Positions 1-12,997 of a stretch of 64,000 nt of DNA are shown here, in pieces; position 1 is the first letter of the stretch; every line of letters begins with the position of its first letter. This DNA is from Magallana gigas (Eukaryota). The notes beneath the pieces were generated by a model. The model saw only the letters and a program-made list of their open reading frames with translations, searched no databases and had not been told where the DNA came from. The stretch covers positions 55,366,001 to 55,430,000 of the forward strand of contig NC_088857.1 of NCBI RefSeq assembly GCF_963853765.1, in the 5' to 3' direction. The translations under genes were made by a program, and so were the position numbers.

Positions 1-1252
1 CTGCCGTATACCGCACCACACCTGTTACCCTGTTTTTCCTTATATATTTTTACCATTGTCTGTTGTCTGCCGCATATTGTCAGGTAAGACACCAGATATT
101 TGAACTATATGTTTTGTAGTTTCTCGGCTACACAACAATATTCTCAAAATACGTAAGTACTGGTCGTTTTTCATATCATATCCTACTTTCATTTATGTTA
201 AAACGGGAAAAGCTTTTAAGATGTATATCTTATTTCACCATCTAGCAGTTATTTATATTAAACGATAATGTTCAGAACAGAGTTATCGTTCGTGTTCAAC
301 CACGTGTAGAGTGGTTAAGAATATAAACATTTGGTTGCTTAATAAAATCATAGCCATGTTTGATGCTTGTGGTGTGCAATACCATGTTTTAAAAAAAATA
401 ATGGGTGTCTATTTTGCATAAAAACTTAGTATATCGAGCCATATTCAAGGAACATTCTGCATAAAATAGTATAGTGTGTTTCGCTATTGATATTATTACT
501 AGATCAGGCGCGGATCGAAAATTAATCCTAAGGAGGGATTTCTTTTAAGCAAGTTAATTGTTGCAACAGCAGACAAAAACTAATTTTTGTATAGTCACAT
601 TTATTTCTAGAACGCATTTTATTTACCAATTAATGAAGATAATTTAAAATCAATAAACCTCCGGATTTTATATTTGACTACAAGAACCTAGATATTGTGA
701 AATAGACTATATACACGAGGTACGATTTTTTCTCCGAAACTGAAAGGGTCAAATAAAACCACATGGTCTAAAATTTGAATGACAATAACATTCGCAGGGG
801 TGACGTTTACGATCTACAAATTGTTGTTGAAACGGTCGCCAGGTACGACATCATTATGTTTACTGAATTTAGCAATAATATGACGTTAAATAACATAGCC
901 ATGACACAAGTCTTCGTATTTTTTGATTGACCCTGCTATAGTATGTTTTTTCACATGAAAACATAGTTCATATTAAGTTAAATCGAACTGTCTCGTCGAA
1001 GATTGCATTGTGAATAAAATATCAAACCAGGTAATTTATCAAATTTTTACCTAAATTAATTTCTAGGTACTGTATTCCATGATACGTATGTTCAATTTTC
1101 AACATTATCTATAGGATTAATAAATCGGCAAAACGATACTCAACCAGAACAGAGGCTTGCAAATATATATGCAACCTGGGTGTACATACATTGATTTTAA
1201 TCCTTATTGGGTTTCAATTTAAGATATTTATAAAATCTGAACCAAAAACGTG

Positions 1253-1407
1253 CGCGGGGGTGTTAAGGAAGCATATGGAATCTGAGCTGTATGTAATACG
1301 AAGTTTTCGGTCTTATTCAAAATAGTTATAATTTAATTTCACGATTTTGAATATAACAGTCAAAATAAAACGCTAAATTGCCCATATGCTACCTTAACAC
1401 CCCCGCG
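1253..1407. mobile_element. Small MITE (155 bp)
   Basis: TIRs CGCGGGGGTGTTAAGGAAGCATATGG / CCATATGCTACCTTAACACCCCCGCG. Confidence 0.7.
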
Positions 1408-1796
1408 TGAGGGAGAAACCTTACTATGGGGGAACAACTACTATATAGTAGCCCCCCCCCCTCCCCCCAGGGGGGAGGGGGCAGCTCTACAACAGTCATG
1501 TGTATCGCCGCTATTAAGCCATTATTTACGCTCTTTGTTAGGGATATGAAATATACATGGAACAGCCATATTTACTTGTTATTTAGATAGCTTACGCGAC
1601 AACAAATATAGTGCCAGAAACTTTGGGGAGAAAAATCTTTTTTATCAAGGAGTAGATATATATATTAATTATTTTTTTGTCAAAAGTACATATCAAACTG
1701 ATTATGTACGATTGAAAGTTTCATTTAATTTTACAAAAGTAAATATACTCAAAACACGTGGAGACGCATGGCGCATGAATTAGCAAAGTGTATTCA

Positions 1797-2158
1797 TTTA
1801 AACAATAAAATACTTTCTTTGGTGATTCGTTCAGGATATGACGGTATCGACATTGCAGGAAAAATACATGACCCGCAATGATTGCTACCTTCATAACCCG
1901 CATGAATCACCATAGAAAGCATTTCATTGTTTAAATAAACATCTTTCTTTTGACTAATTAATAAATTTATTATGAAAAATTAGTAAAATTCACTTAATTA
2001 CTGTTAACGTACATAAGTAGGTTAGCTAAAAGAAACAGCCAAATCGTCTCCTGTAAGACTTTGAGTCTGTCATATAGATAAATGGGGCGTGTAGATTTCA
2101 GTCTGACTGTTTCCATAGAGCTATAAATCAACTTTCTGTAAGAAATAGAGGAAATTAT
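1797..2158 (-). mobile_element. Non-autonomous repeat with a long terminal hairpin (family H1, copy 1)
   Basis: Reverse complement of 9533-10055 over the shared parts; imperfect hairpin of about 135 bp at 1797-1932. Confidence 0.7.
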
Positions 2159-2780
2159 ACTTGGTAGATGTAAGTATAGAAAATTGAACGTCGCAGATTT
2201 CCAATGCAAACATAAGGGGAAATATTCACTGAATGTAAAAATATCTGAAACGATGAATTTTTTTATCAAAGTTTTTTATCAAAGTTTTTTTTCTGTCAGA
2301 GGGAACTCGCCTTACCAGTTATAAAAGATTAAATCACAGAAAATATTGTAATATCTAGAAGATGACAACATAATGTTCAGTCTTGATCTATATTAAACCC
2401 GCCAACTCTCAACTGTCAAGCTGCTACCCTCACAATACCTTGGATAAACTAACCAGATTAGAAGAATGTGTTCTCTGAAGAAACAGAGCAAGATATCCAA
2501 TCTGTGTGTTCAAAGGTACGAAGCCACAAAGTTTAAAAGACAATTTATGAGATAACCGAAACGATGAAATGTTATAGTCTCATACTTCAAAACATGTGCC
2601 TTTTGCTTAACCGCGTGACGTACGGTTGTTCGTTTTGTTTACAGAATACATGCAAAGTAGGTTATGGATACGGTATATGAATGATTTCTTTAAAATTTCA
2701 TTAACGAAACATAGATTCTATTTGTTTATTACAAAATAAATAGACTGAGAACAGGAAATAAAATATTTTAAATTTACATA

Positions 2781-3003
2781 CTGTGGAATCATTAGATTTC
2801 GTTGTGGTTAATTTTTCGTGGAATTCGTGGATACCTCTCATCCGCAAATCAACATCCTCCACGCATTTTAAATAAATTAGACTTTTAAAGTTTTATTTCC
2901 TTATGTTGGTATAATAAAATACACGAAATTACCTCCCAACAAACCTATTAGATTTAAGCAATCCACTAAAGTTGGCCCCCACGAATTTAAATGATTTCCA
3001 AAG
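2781..3003. mobile_element. TA-flanked MITE (Tc1/mariner-type by TSD), copy 1
   Basis: TA|CTGTGGAATCATT ... AATGATTTCCAAAG|TA; same family as 29947-30164. Confidence 0.65.
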
Positions 3004-3640
3004 TAATGGTCCCTAAAACATATATAACTAATTTGTTAAAACTAACAAATGTCTGCTCTCAGAAGTGGTAATTTTGATTCTTTTTTGTAAACATTTTCAA
3101 GGGGGAGGTCCCCTTACCCCCCCCCCCCCCTCTTTTGCGACCCCTCCCACACCTACCCCTTCCGCACTACGCCTGTCAATGAAGCCGTCGGCTTCAATTT
3201 TTTGCCTACACATATATGTGGGACACGCTACGCCACTGCAATTAAAAGTATATATCCAAATAGAAAAAAAATCAAATAACATGAAAATATAATTCTGGAA
3301 TTACGTAGTGGAAATCCTCACATTGCGGTGATAGGAAAAAATAGAAAATAATGGAAGATAGGTCGTCTCTGACATTAACACCGCAGATTTTTTTTAAATA
3401 TATAAAGTAGAAATTAGACTCCGCCTTGCTTTCTAATGTTATTCAAATGTAAGAGATGTGAAAAATCTGTTAATCAAGTATTTCGCGGCTCTTTTTAATG
3501 GAAGGTACTTTTTGTAGCTATGAAGTACAAATAGTTAAAAAATTCCAAATATTTTATCTATTTTATCTATTTGAATTGAGATTGAACATTTTCTTCTATC
3601 TTTACAAAGAGTTCGTCTTTAAAGAAGATTATTGTAATTA

Positions 3641-4531
3641 AAAACAAGTGAAAAGCTGTCAATGTGACAGCAAACCGGGTTTTCTTTTATGTGAACTGTA
3701 TCCATAATCCATGTCAACCCGTATCCAGTGAAAAGGTGTATCCTATATGCAACATTTTTGCCAAAAAATGATTAAGTTCAAAAGCTAGTATTTTTTTCAT
3801 AAATGATTAGAAATCAAAATCCTAGCAATATGCACACCTCTGATATATGTACAATTGATCTGCAAAAGAACAACTTCCTATTTTGAAAACTGTAGGAGGA
3901 GTTATCCGTACGATGAGGGTACCCTATATGCAATATTTTGCCAAAAAATGACTAAGTTTAAAAGCTGGTATTTTTGATAATTTATCGGAAATCAAAATTC
4001 TAGCAATATGCACACCTCTAATATAAGTACAATTGATCTGCAAAAGAACAACTTCCTATCTTGAGAACTGTAGGAGGAGTTATCCGTACAATGAGGGTAT
4101 TCTATATGCAATATTTTGCCAAAAAATGACTAAGTTCAAAAGCTGGTATTTTTTCGATAAACTATCATAAATCAAAATCCTAGCAATATGCACACCTCTA
4201 ATATATGTACAATTGATCTGCAAAAGAACAACTTCCTATCTTGAGAACTGTAGGAGGAGTTATCCGTACTATGAGGGTACCCTATATGCAATATTTTGCC
4301 AAAAAATGACTTAGTTCAAAAGCTGGTATTTTTTCATAAATGATTAGAAATCAAAATCCTAGCAATATGCACACCTCTGATATATGTACAATTGATCTGC
4401 AAAAGAACAACTTCCTATTTTGAAAACTGTAGGAGGAGTTATCCGTACAATGAAGGTACCATTTTGGCAGCCGCCCGCCATTTTCACCATTTTAATGACC
4501 GGATTTTTCCTTCGGAAAACCCGGTTAAAAA
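3641..4531 (+). mobile_element. Helentron-like non-autonomous element (HINE) with four internal tandem units of about 180 bp
   Basis: Starts AAAACAAG with subterminal AAACCGGGTTT; tandem units begin near 3743, 3924, 4102 and 4282; then a GCCGCCCGCC microsatellite-like spacer and a 3' hairpin ACCGGATTTTTCC-TTC-GGAAAACCCGGT. Confidence 0.7.
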
Positions 4532-4586
4532 GGATCAAAACCTTTTCTGTAAAGGGCTTCAACAATAAGATGCTGAAATGTTCAAT

Positions 4587-4684
4587 CTAATTAAAATTAG
4601 AACTTCCATCCGCTCCCCGGTTTTCTATATGTCACGCGACATATAGAAAACCGGGGAGCTGATGGAAGTTCTAATTTTATTTAG
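4587..4684. repeat. Near-perfect palindrome of about 98 bp
   Basis: CTAATTAAAATTAGAACTTCCATCCGCTCCCCGGTTTTCTATATGTC-ACGC-GACATATAGAAAACCGGGGAGCTGATGGAAGTTCTAATTTTATTTAG; about 2 mismatches over 47-bp arms. Confidence 0.9.
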
Positions 4685-5466
4685 ATGGATGAAATGTTCT
4701 TATTACTGAGCACCTGAACATGGGTTTTGTCGTTTTATAGGCGGATCCATAAAATAAGAATGTTCATTGAAGAAAGGGGCACCATTGTACGGTTTCTACT
4801 TATTGTTGACTGCACATGGCAATAAAGGCAAAGTATTTCCAACAGTGGGGAGAACAATTTGTCTGCCATGGAATTTCAACATTTAATACTTATCGTGCCA
4901 ACATAATCCTTAATCCTAGTCAAAATGAAAGAAGACACTTGATTAATTTTAAAGATTTTGACTTGCAACGGCGCTTTGGGAAAGAAATGAGGACGATATT
5001 CATTAACCTACCATCAGACAACTCAGCTAGAGTTCTTAAATAAGTTTACACAATATCTTTTATTTTTAGTAACAACTGTATCTACTGTTTAGAGAAATGG
5101 TACGTATGGCTTTGCAAATCAACCCAAAGCTTTTTTTTTTAAAATGATGATATTTGCGTGAAGTAGTTTCAAAACATTTGTTCAGAAAACTGGTTTTTTT
5201 TAATTTTTCGCGAGTGATTTCTTATCTTCTGATGCACATTGACACTACTTGATGCGTATGGTTATCGTATCAGGTAATCAAATATGTAGGTGTAGTGCTG
5301 CCATATATTTAGAGCATTGCAGTCAGCAATAAGGCCTAAAAGCCAGAAACCTGACTTATCCTGATAGTGAACAGTCGTGGCCTAGAAGATATGAAACGTT
5401 CCGGTTATTGACAGAAAAGCATGTACCAACTAAAGCAATAGCCTTTGAAATCCTTCAACTATAAAG

Positions 5467-7393
5467 AAAAACTAGAGCAAAGCTCGTTGCAAAGCAACGA
5501 GTGGGTCTTCCGGTGGTGTCGAGAGTAAAGATAGAAGTTCCTGTAAAAAGCAAAGTTCTAAAACCAACAACAAAGAAAATAAAAAAAATATCTTTTAAAA
5601 ATCGAATAATTCTTAGTACGACTTAGCAATGACTGAATGATTTCAAGAACGAATTAACAAAAACCTTTACAATATCTGGAACGACTTAATAAAAAAAGTC
5701 CCGAATATCTTCAAGTACGAATGAACAATTTCCGAATCATTTAAGGTACGAGTTGATTTAACTTTTAACATAACACTATTTTCTTAACCAAGAACGTGGA
5801 ATCAAAATTTCCGGAAAACTCAATTTTTAAATCCCAATATTTTGTAATGCATCGTCCAATTTTAAAACGGATTTCAGTTTTAAATTAAGCTTAATAAAAG
5901 CTCCTTTGTCGCTTTATGATTTATATCAAATTATTGGTCAGAAAAGAGTTATTAAAAAAAGGCTTAATAGCCCTTCTGGCCCCTAATTTGAGGGGTCAGT
6001 CCCTTTTTCTTGATATCAAATAAAAGGTCTCGCTTATATAAACATTTTGTTCAAATGTTCACGAGTGGTTAACCGTTATCGAGATATCTAAACAACTGTA
6101 TTTTAGGGGCCGACCTATTAACTCCTTACCGGGGCCACTAACAACAAAATTTATGGTATCATATTGTTCAGAACATTATTTTGAACAACTTTTGTTCTAC
6201 ATTGCTTTTAAAAATATTTCTCCTTTTTCAGATATTAATGATCAAGGTTTTAAATTCTGGCATCATGAAACCCCTAATTACGTAATATATGACTTAGGTA
6301 TGATACTGTATAGATAAACAGCTGTACAATGAACATTTTTGCTTCTATAAATAATAACAAATTATTGTTCAGTAAACAGTTCTTGTAAGAAGATTTAAGA
6401 CCCCCCTTGACCCCTAATTGGAGGGGCCAGCCCCTTTTTCTTGATATCAAATGAAAGGTCTTGCAAATACAAACATATTTTGTTTAACAAGTGTTCACGA
6501 AATGTTAACCGATCTTAGGATATCTTTACAAATGTGTTTTAGGGGCCGGCCCTTTATCTCCTAAATGGGGTCATGAACAAAAAAAATTAAGGTGGCATAT
6601 TGTACAGAACATTATTTTAAGCAACTTTTGTTCTACAATGCTTTTCAAAATATTTCTCCTTTTTCATATATTAATGATCGAATTTTTGGACTTCTGGCCC
6701 CTTGAAACCCCTAATTACGTAACATATGACTTAGATATGGTACTGTATAGATAAACAGCTGTACAATAAACATTTTTGCTTCTATAATTGATAACAAATA
6801 TTTGTTCAGTAAAGAGTTATTGCAAAAATACTTTAGAGCCCTTTTGGCCCCTAATTTGAGAAGCCAGCCCCTTTTTCTTGGAATCAAACGAAAGTCGTAG
6901 TAAATTTGAACAACTTTTGCATTACATGTCTTAACAAAATATTTACACATTAAAAGCTAGGGCAGAAAATGTGCGAAAATTACGTTAAAAATATTGGTGC
7001 CAATTTTTGAGCTCGGGCGAGCGTCGGCGCTTTGCGCATTTTTCAAAACATCAAATAAATAGGATCATCTACAGACATTCATCTACAATCCCTGAAAATT
7101 TCACGTTTCTATCACAATTACTCTTTGAGGAGTTACGTGGACAAAATGGTCCTTAAAAATTCACTAAATCCTCAGAATCTCAAACCGGAAGTGACGTAAT
7201 CAGCCAAAATTTTTATAATATCAAGTACGTTTGATGCTCAATATGTCCTGTAAATTTCATGCAAATCGGTCGAGTAGTTCACGAGATATAGCGTTCGAAA
7301 AAAGTCAGAAAAAAAATAAAAAATAAAATAATAATAAGGAAAAGAAACAATAGAATAACAAGAGGGTCTTCCGTCGGAAACGGAAGACCCTAA
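5467..7393 (+). mobile_element. Helentron-like non-autonomous element with internal tandem units of about 435 bp
   Basis: 5' AAAACTAGAG, a small GCTCGTTGCAAAGCAACGAG palindrome and subterminal GGGTCTTCCG. 3' (AAT)n tract then hairpin AGGGTCTTCCGT-CGGAA-ACGGAAGACCCT at 7363-7391. CCCCTAATT..AGGGG units recur near 5981, 6412 and 6849. Confidence 0.7.
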
Positions 7394-7456
7394 ATATTTA
7401 TCGAAAGGTATATACCGGGTACTAATCAACGACAAATCAAAAATCTTTTTACTTAC

Positions 7457-7585
7457 NNNNNNNNNNNNNNNNNNNNNNNNNNNNNNNNNNNNNNNNNNNN
7501 NNNNNNNNNNNNNNNNNNNNNNNNNNNNNNNNNNNNNNNNNNNNNNNNNNNNNNNNNNNNNNNNNNNNNNNNNNNNNNNNNNNNN
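7457..7585. other. Assembly gap
   Basis: 129 consecutive N. Confidence 1.
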
Positions 7586-7668
7586 CAACACTAGGCATCT
7601 TTAAAGTGTCGGATCTAATATATAGATTCATTAATTTTTACGCTCGATTTAATTGTAAGTAAAACATA

Positions 7669-8033
7669 GGGCGCTTTCCATTAACGTTGCCTCGCCGGCG
7701 ACGTTATCGGGAAACGGTGACGTAAATGGAACGGTTGGCAACGTCACAATGCTCGAACGAGGACGATTGCAGCATAAAACTGATACTTATCTTAAATTTT
7801 GATCCAGAAAGTTTGGCTATTTGCAGTTTTAATGTATTTCAATGTAGTAGGACAAATGTTAGTTTTAGAAATACTGGTTTTGTAGAACAAGATAACCTCG
7901 ACGCCATATTGTTTCCTAATCGGCAACGGTATTTTGCGTTGCCACAATCGCTCGCCGGCGACGCGCGTTCCAGCAATCGGCAACAAAGGCAACACCGGCA
8001 TATCCGGCGATGCCGGTTAAATGGAAAGCACCC
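7669..8033. mobile_element. MITE, PIF/Harbinger-like termini
   Basis: GGGCGCTTTCCATTAAC ... TTAAATGGAAAGCACCC, flanked by ATA/TTA. The superfamily is inferred from the termini only. Confidence 0.55.
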
Positions 8034-9532
8034 TTAGTAGGTGGGTTGCCTTGAAAGAGAGGTTTGCCACATCGATCATTTAAGACCTGTCGTGTTAGGA
8101 GGCTGACGACTATTGTTATTATAGAGGCTGTCCTCTTAGAGGTTAGCATAACTTAGTGGTTGTTGATACTCTAGAAGTATTAGAGAAGTTGTATGCTTTC
8201 GGTTAGAGATCTTTCACTGCCCGTCCTGCAAAAGGCCTTAACACAGTGACTGTCTCTGTTGAGGGCTTAACTCTTGAGTAGGCTATATAGCTAGGGAGTG
8301 CCGCGGGTACACCTGAATATCGCCTGAATAAAGCATTAGTGGTGTTTACCTCATGGTATTTTTAAAGTTTAAAAGTTTCAAACCATGAATTGTATGATGT
8401 AGCTCTAGGTAAGGGTAGGCTATTTTGTATATATTTGTAGTACCAAATATTACCAGCAATCATTTTAGAGAGGAAAATTATCATTGTTTCATTTTTTTAT
8501 ATTCAAACCCAAGACTCTGAAATTGACTAGGTACGGATCCCTCGACACTTTTACAAAATTATCAGTAAGGACTGATTATTTTCACAAGACAGATTATACA
8601 GAATGACGATTAAAGATTTAGACGATAGAAAACCTTTTTAAACAAAAATGGAACGACGAAATATTGCAATTCAAACAAAATCAAACGTTTCGTACTTGTT
8701 CAGATTTGAATTGAACAATATTCCATGTCAGTTCGACTGATTGCTTTTTCTGATAAATATTATCAATAATAAATATAAGCACTTCTTCTTACTTTGAAAA
8801 CAATGGCACCTACCATTTTACATGCACATTTACTCAATGTCGGTAAATGAGGTTTTCCATGCATGCAACATTTCCTTTTTGTTTTGTCCAATAAGGATAC
8901 TCCCAAAACACAAACATTTATACAATATAATGCCCCTTTGGTAATTCATGCGGGTATGAAGAAATTCGCATTGCAGAAATAAAACACATAACTTGAAAAC
9001 GATAGATGCTATGGAAATCATTTCGTCTTTTTTCGACATTATACATTAAAATTTCCATATCATAACAATGTAATCCGTTTCAAAGTACATGTGTTCTATT
9101 TAAAAAGTTGATTTGACAAGATTGTATCATATCACAAAGAAAAGTAATACATTGTTTTTATTTACAAGTATTCGTGCCTTCTATCACAATAGACACTTAA
9201 TCAAGTGTATTTATCAAACATCAGCAGGAGAGATGTCAATCTTTTAAGTTGAACATTATGATTGTGATCTAGAATGTTTCATATCTTTCTGTCATCAAGA
9301 CACTCATTCATCCCTCCGATAAAGTACTAATATTATGTAATCGTCTGTGCACGAGCTGCTAGTTTTCACATAACGGATTATACAAGTTAGAGAAACGACT
9401 GTCGATAACACGACTGAACCTGAAACCTTGAGCAACATGTGGTTCCACATGTACACAACTAGCAGCGTCAAAATAAATTTTCATCGTTATTTGTTTGTAC
9501 ATTGTATACTGATATAGTTACATCTACCAAGT

Positions 9533-10055
9533 ATTATTCCCTCTATTTCTTACGGAAACTTATAGTTAATTCATAGCTCTATAGAAACAGCCAGATTGAA
9601 ATCTACATGCCCCGTTTATTGATTGGTCGAAATCTACAGCGGCTGAAACTGACAAGAAAGTGACAGGACCAAACTTGACATGCCCAGTTTATCGATTGGT
9701 CGAGACCTACAACTACCTTGGAAAAATCACGGACTGCACGAAATAATCATGACGACGTCAGACTCAAAGTCTCACAGGAGAAGATTTGGCTGTTTCTTTT
9801 AGTTAACGTACTTACGTACATTAACAGTAATTTATGTGAATTTTACTTGCTGTTCATAATCAATTTATCAATTGGCTAAAAGAAAGATGTTAATATAAAC
9901 AATAAAATGGTTTCTTTTTATGATTCATTCGGGTAATGAAGGTAGCGATCATTGCAGAAAAAATTCACATAACCTGCTAACGCGGGTTATGTATTTTTTC
10001 TGCAATACCTTCATATCCCGAATGAATCACCAAAGAAAGCATTTATTGTTTAAAT
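9533..10055 (+). mobile_element. Non-autonomous repeat with a long terminal hairpin (family H1, copy 2)
   Basis: Homologous to 1797-2158; ends in a hairpin of about 160 bp centred on CTGCTAACGCGG. Confidence 0.7.
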
Positions 10056-11508
10056 ATTTACACGTGTAAAAGTTTATTTATTGTTATAAAACATGAATAT
10101 GTCATTCTTCATGTTCATCAGGTCGAGACCACTAGATTTTGTGATGTCGAAATAAATTTGCGTACTAAATTAGCTATCTGACAGACATATCAGATGAATG
10201 AGTTGCAAGGCATTGTGGGCTACTACAAGTTTCAGTGTATACAAAGAGTATTGAAAATTATACCATTTTGAATTGTCCTTTGGAGACTCAGTTTCAATGA
10301 TTTTTAAGAATTTATGAAATAAATATGGAAAATTATGTCGGTTCTTTCATTTCTATGCTCACATTTAAAAAATATTGCCTATGAGGCCTTGTATCAACTA
10401 TTTAAATACCCCATTGTCTAGGTTCAAAAGAGAAGTCCTATTGAATTAGAAGCAGTGAGTACCGTTTTTCACATTATACCCTAAGTTTGGGACAACATTA
10501 GTAGAATTCGCATTGAATTGTCTTCAGGGACACTCATCAGAATGCTTAGCGTACAAAATACTACATGCTACACAACTTGTACTTCTGTATTTGTATATCT
10601 GTGTATTTCTATTATCGTAGCTATTTATGTACGTTAAAAATGTACAATTACCTGTATTTATATCTGATGTCCAATGATTACGTCACCAATAAACAATGAT
10701 GCAGTGTTTTCTTATCAAAATCTGTTTGTACCTGTATGCGTATGTTTGCCAGTCTTTTGACAGTGATTAATTTTTGAAGCCGCAATTGATGAACTTAAAC
10801 AGTTACAGTATATCTCAATGTGAGCATGAAACAAAGTCTTTGGTACGTAATCTTTCCTTTTTACTTTCTTTAGTAAAAACCAAGTTGTGCATTTTTTTCC
10901 GACAAGCAATTAGATATTGTGTATAAAATACACAAAAACCACGTGTGTCTGTTGAAACGTAAACACGTGGTTGACCGTCATGCTTTGCGATTGATTCAGT
11001 GGATTGGAGAACCTGGTTGACGCAAATATTGTCACGTTTTAAATGATACTATCCATAAAAGGTAGTGTACCCGACCTGTTCATACATGGTCATGTTTTTC
11101 TTGTCATTAAATAATATAACGTTATTATTTTATTGAAGCATATGATACCACATTCTACACATGTATATACGTTATTGCCTAGAACAACACCCCACGTATA
11201 TACGTAGATAAAATATCTATAATTAATGTTTAATCTAACAACACTAAATGATATCAATCGTTATTGTACTAGCAAAGTATGTAACTAAACAATACGGTTT
11301 TATAAGGTTTTTGCAGACAATAAATCCCAAGGAATTAAACATCTGTGCTCTGTTAATTATGCTAGAAGTAAAATTAATATCGATTTATTATGAATTTTTG
11401 GAAGCCAATACGTATACTCGTGCACAATATTTACTATATTCAATGTCTAATTACTAGCTGCCGATATCAGTTGTCAGAGAGTGTTTCTTTCTTCGATGAA
11501 GATTTTAA

Positions 11509-12378
11509 AGGGGCATGGTGACAGTTTTGGTCAAAGAATTTTTTTTTTCGATTTTAATGTTCACACTGCATCAGTAAGGCGGTTTTAATATGCAACCAAA
11601 ATTTGAGAGTCATTCGTTGAGTTATAAGCGAGTTAAAGAGCTTACAATTCTCACAGGTGCTTGAGGACAGGATCGACCCCTACCCCCCGCCCAAATATAT
11701 AGACCCCCGGGACTTTATTTTTCTTTTTTATTAAATTATCCTTTTATGACATATTTCTAATCTAATTTATTCATTCATTGCCCAAAATTACATAAAACAA
11801 ACATTTAAAAAAAACCAGACCCTCTGTACATATAATACTATATGTACATGTACAGAGGGTCTGATTTTTTGTCATAAAAGGATGATTTAATGAAGAAGAA
11901 AAATAAAGTCCTGGGGGTCTATATATTGGGGCGGGGGGGGGGGGGGGTGGAGGGGGGTCGATCCTGTCTTCAAGCACCTGTGACAATTCTTTGCTTTGTA
12001 AACAAAGCTTTCGTTTACATTTTGAATTATAAAGTGAAAATTCAAATTTTAGACCTGAAATGAATGTGTTAAACGTTAGGAACTGTTTTTTTATGCTTAA
12101 AATAAATAAAAAAGATAGACAAATCCGCTCAAAAAAGATTTTTTACAGGTATATTGAACCTATGTAAACAAAAACAGGGCACGCGTCTTGTTTACATGAC
12201 AAAGAATTGCGAGCTTTGTATCTTGCCTGTTACTTGACTACTGACTCTCAAAATTCATTTGATCATTAGAAATGCATTCCTAAAGCATTGTAAATAATTA
12301 AAACAGAAAAAAGCTATTATTATATTATAAAATTAAAAGGGCATGGTAGAATTTGACCAAAATCGTGATCATGCCCCT
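11509..12378. mobile_element. TTAA-flanked non-autonomous TIR element hosting a nested insertion
   Basis: TTAA|AGGGGCATGGTGAC..TTTTGGTCAAA ... TTTGACCAAAATCGTGATCATGCCCCT. Related starts occur near 52676 and 57205. Confidence 0.7.
11652..11982. mobile_element. Foldback MITE with an 8-bp TSD (hAT/P-type), nested in the 11509-12378 element
   Basis: ACAATTCT|CACAGGTGCTTGAGGACAGGATCGACCCC ... GGGGTCGATCCTGTCTTCAAGCACCTGTG|ACAATTCT; perfect 8-bp duplication at 11644-11651 and 11983-11990. Confidence 0.85.
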
Positions 12379-12942
12379 AAAATTTTGTGGATCCGCTTAT
12401 AATACAACGAAATCCATGACAAATTGCATACAGTTACGAGAAAATCTGAACACTTGCATTTGGTTTATATTTAATCGAGGTCAAGTCAAGTTTTTTTTAC
12501 CCCATATATTTTGTGGAAATTTCTTGTATGAAGTTCTACTTAAATAAGTTATTCATAAGCCTGATTTCCTAGCAAGTTCGTCTCGAAAGTTATCAGTTAT
12601 TACCTTTGAACAGTATGGAAATTCATCTAAACAGTATATAAGATACATGCCTAAAATGGTCGCCAAAAATGAATATCATGTTTTACTGCCTTGTTAATTG
12701 GTGGCTACTTTCTTACCTTGCAAGGGATATGTTTTGATATGAATTATCCCTCTTGTCTGGAATTATGATTTTTTTTATTGCAAGTTCAATTTTCTGAAAT
12801 AACTGAATTATTTAATGGAATTAATTTGCGAATTTTATTCATTGATTTCTTAAAGCACAATTATAAATGTAGAAACTAATTTCAACTTCAATAAATAACT
12901 CAATTCATAAATATTACTGATAATGTTAATTTTCAAAACAAC

Positions 12943-12947
<5 letters not shown>

Positions 12948-12995
<48 letters not shown>
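12948..12995. repeat. (GA)n microsatellite
   Basis: About 24 perfect GA units. Confidence 0.95.

Positions 12996-12997
<2 letters not shown>

Noticed and set aside
3743-4460. CRISPR-like or other prokaryotic repeat array (also 35761-36036 and 49366-50176)
   Set aside because: Units are head-to-tail with no unique spacers, the context is eukaryotic, and there are no cas genes.
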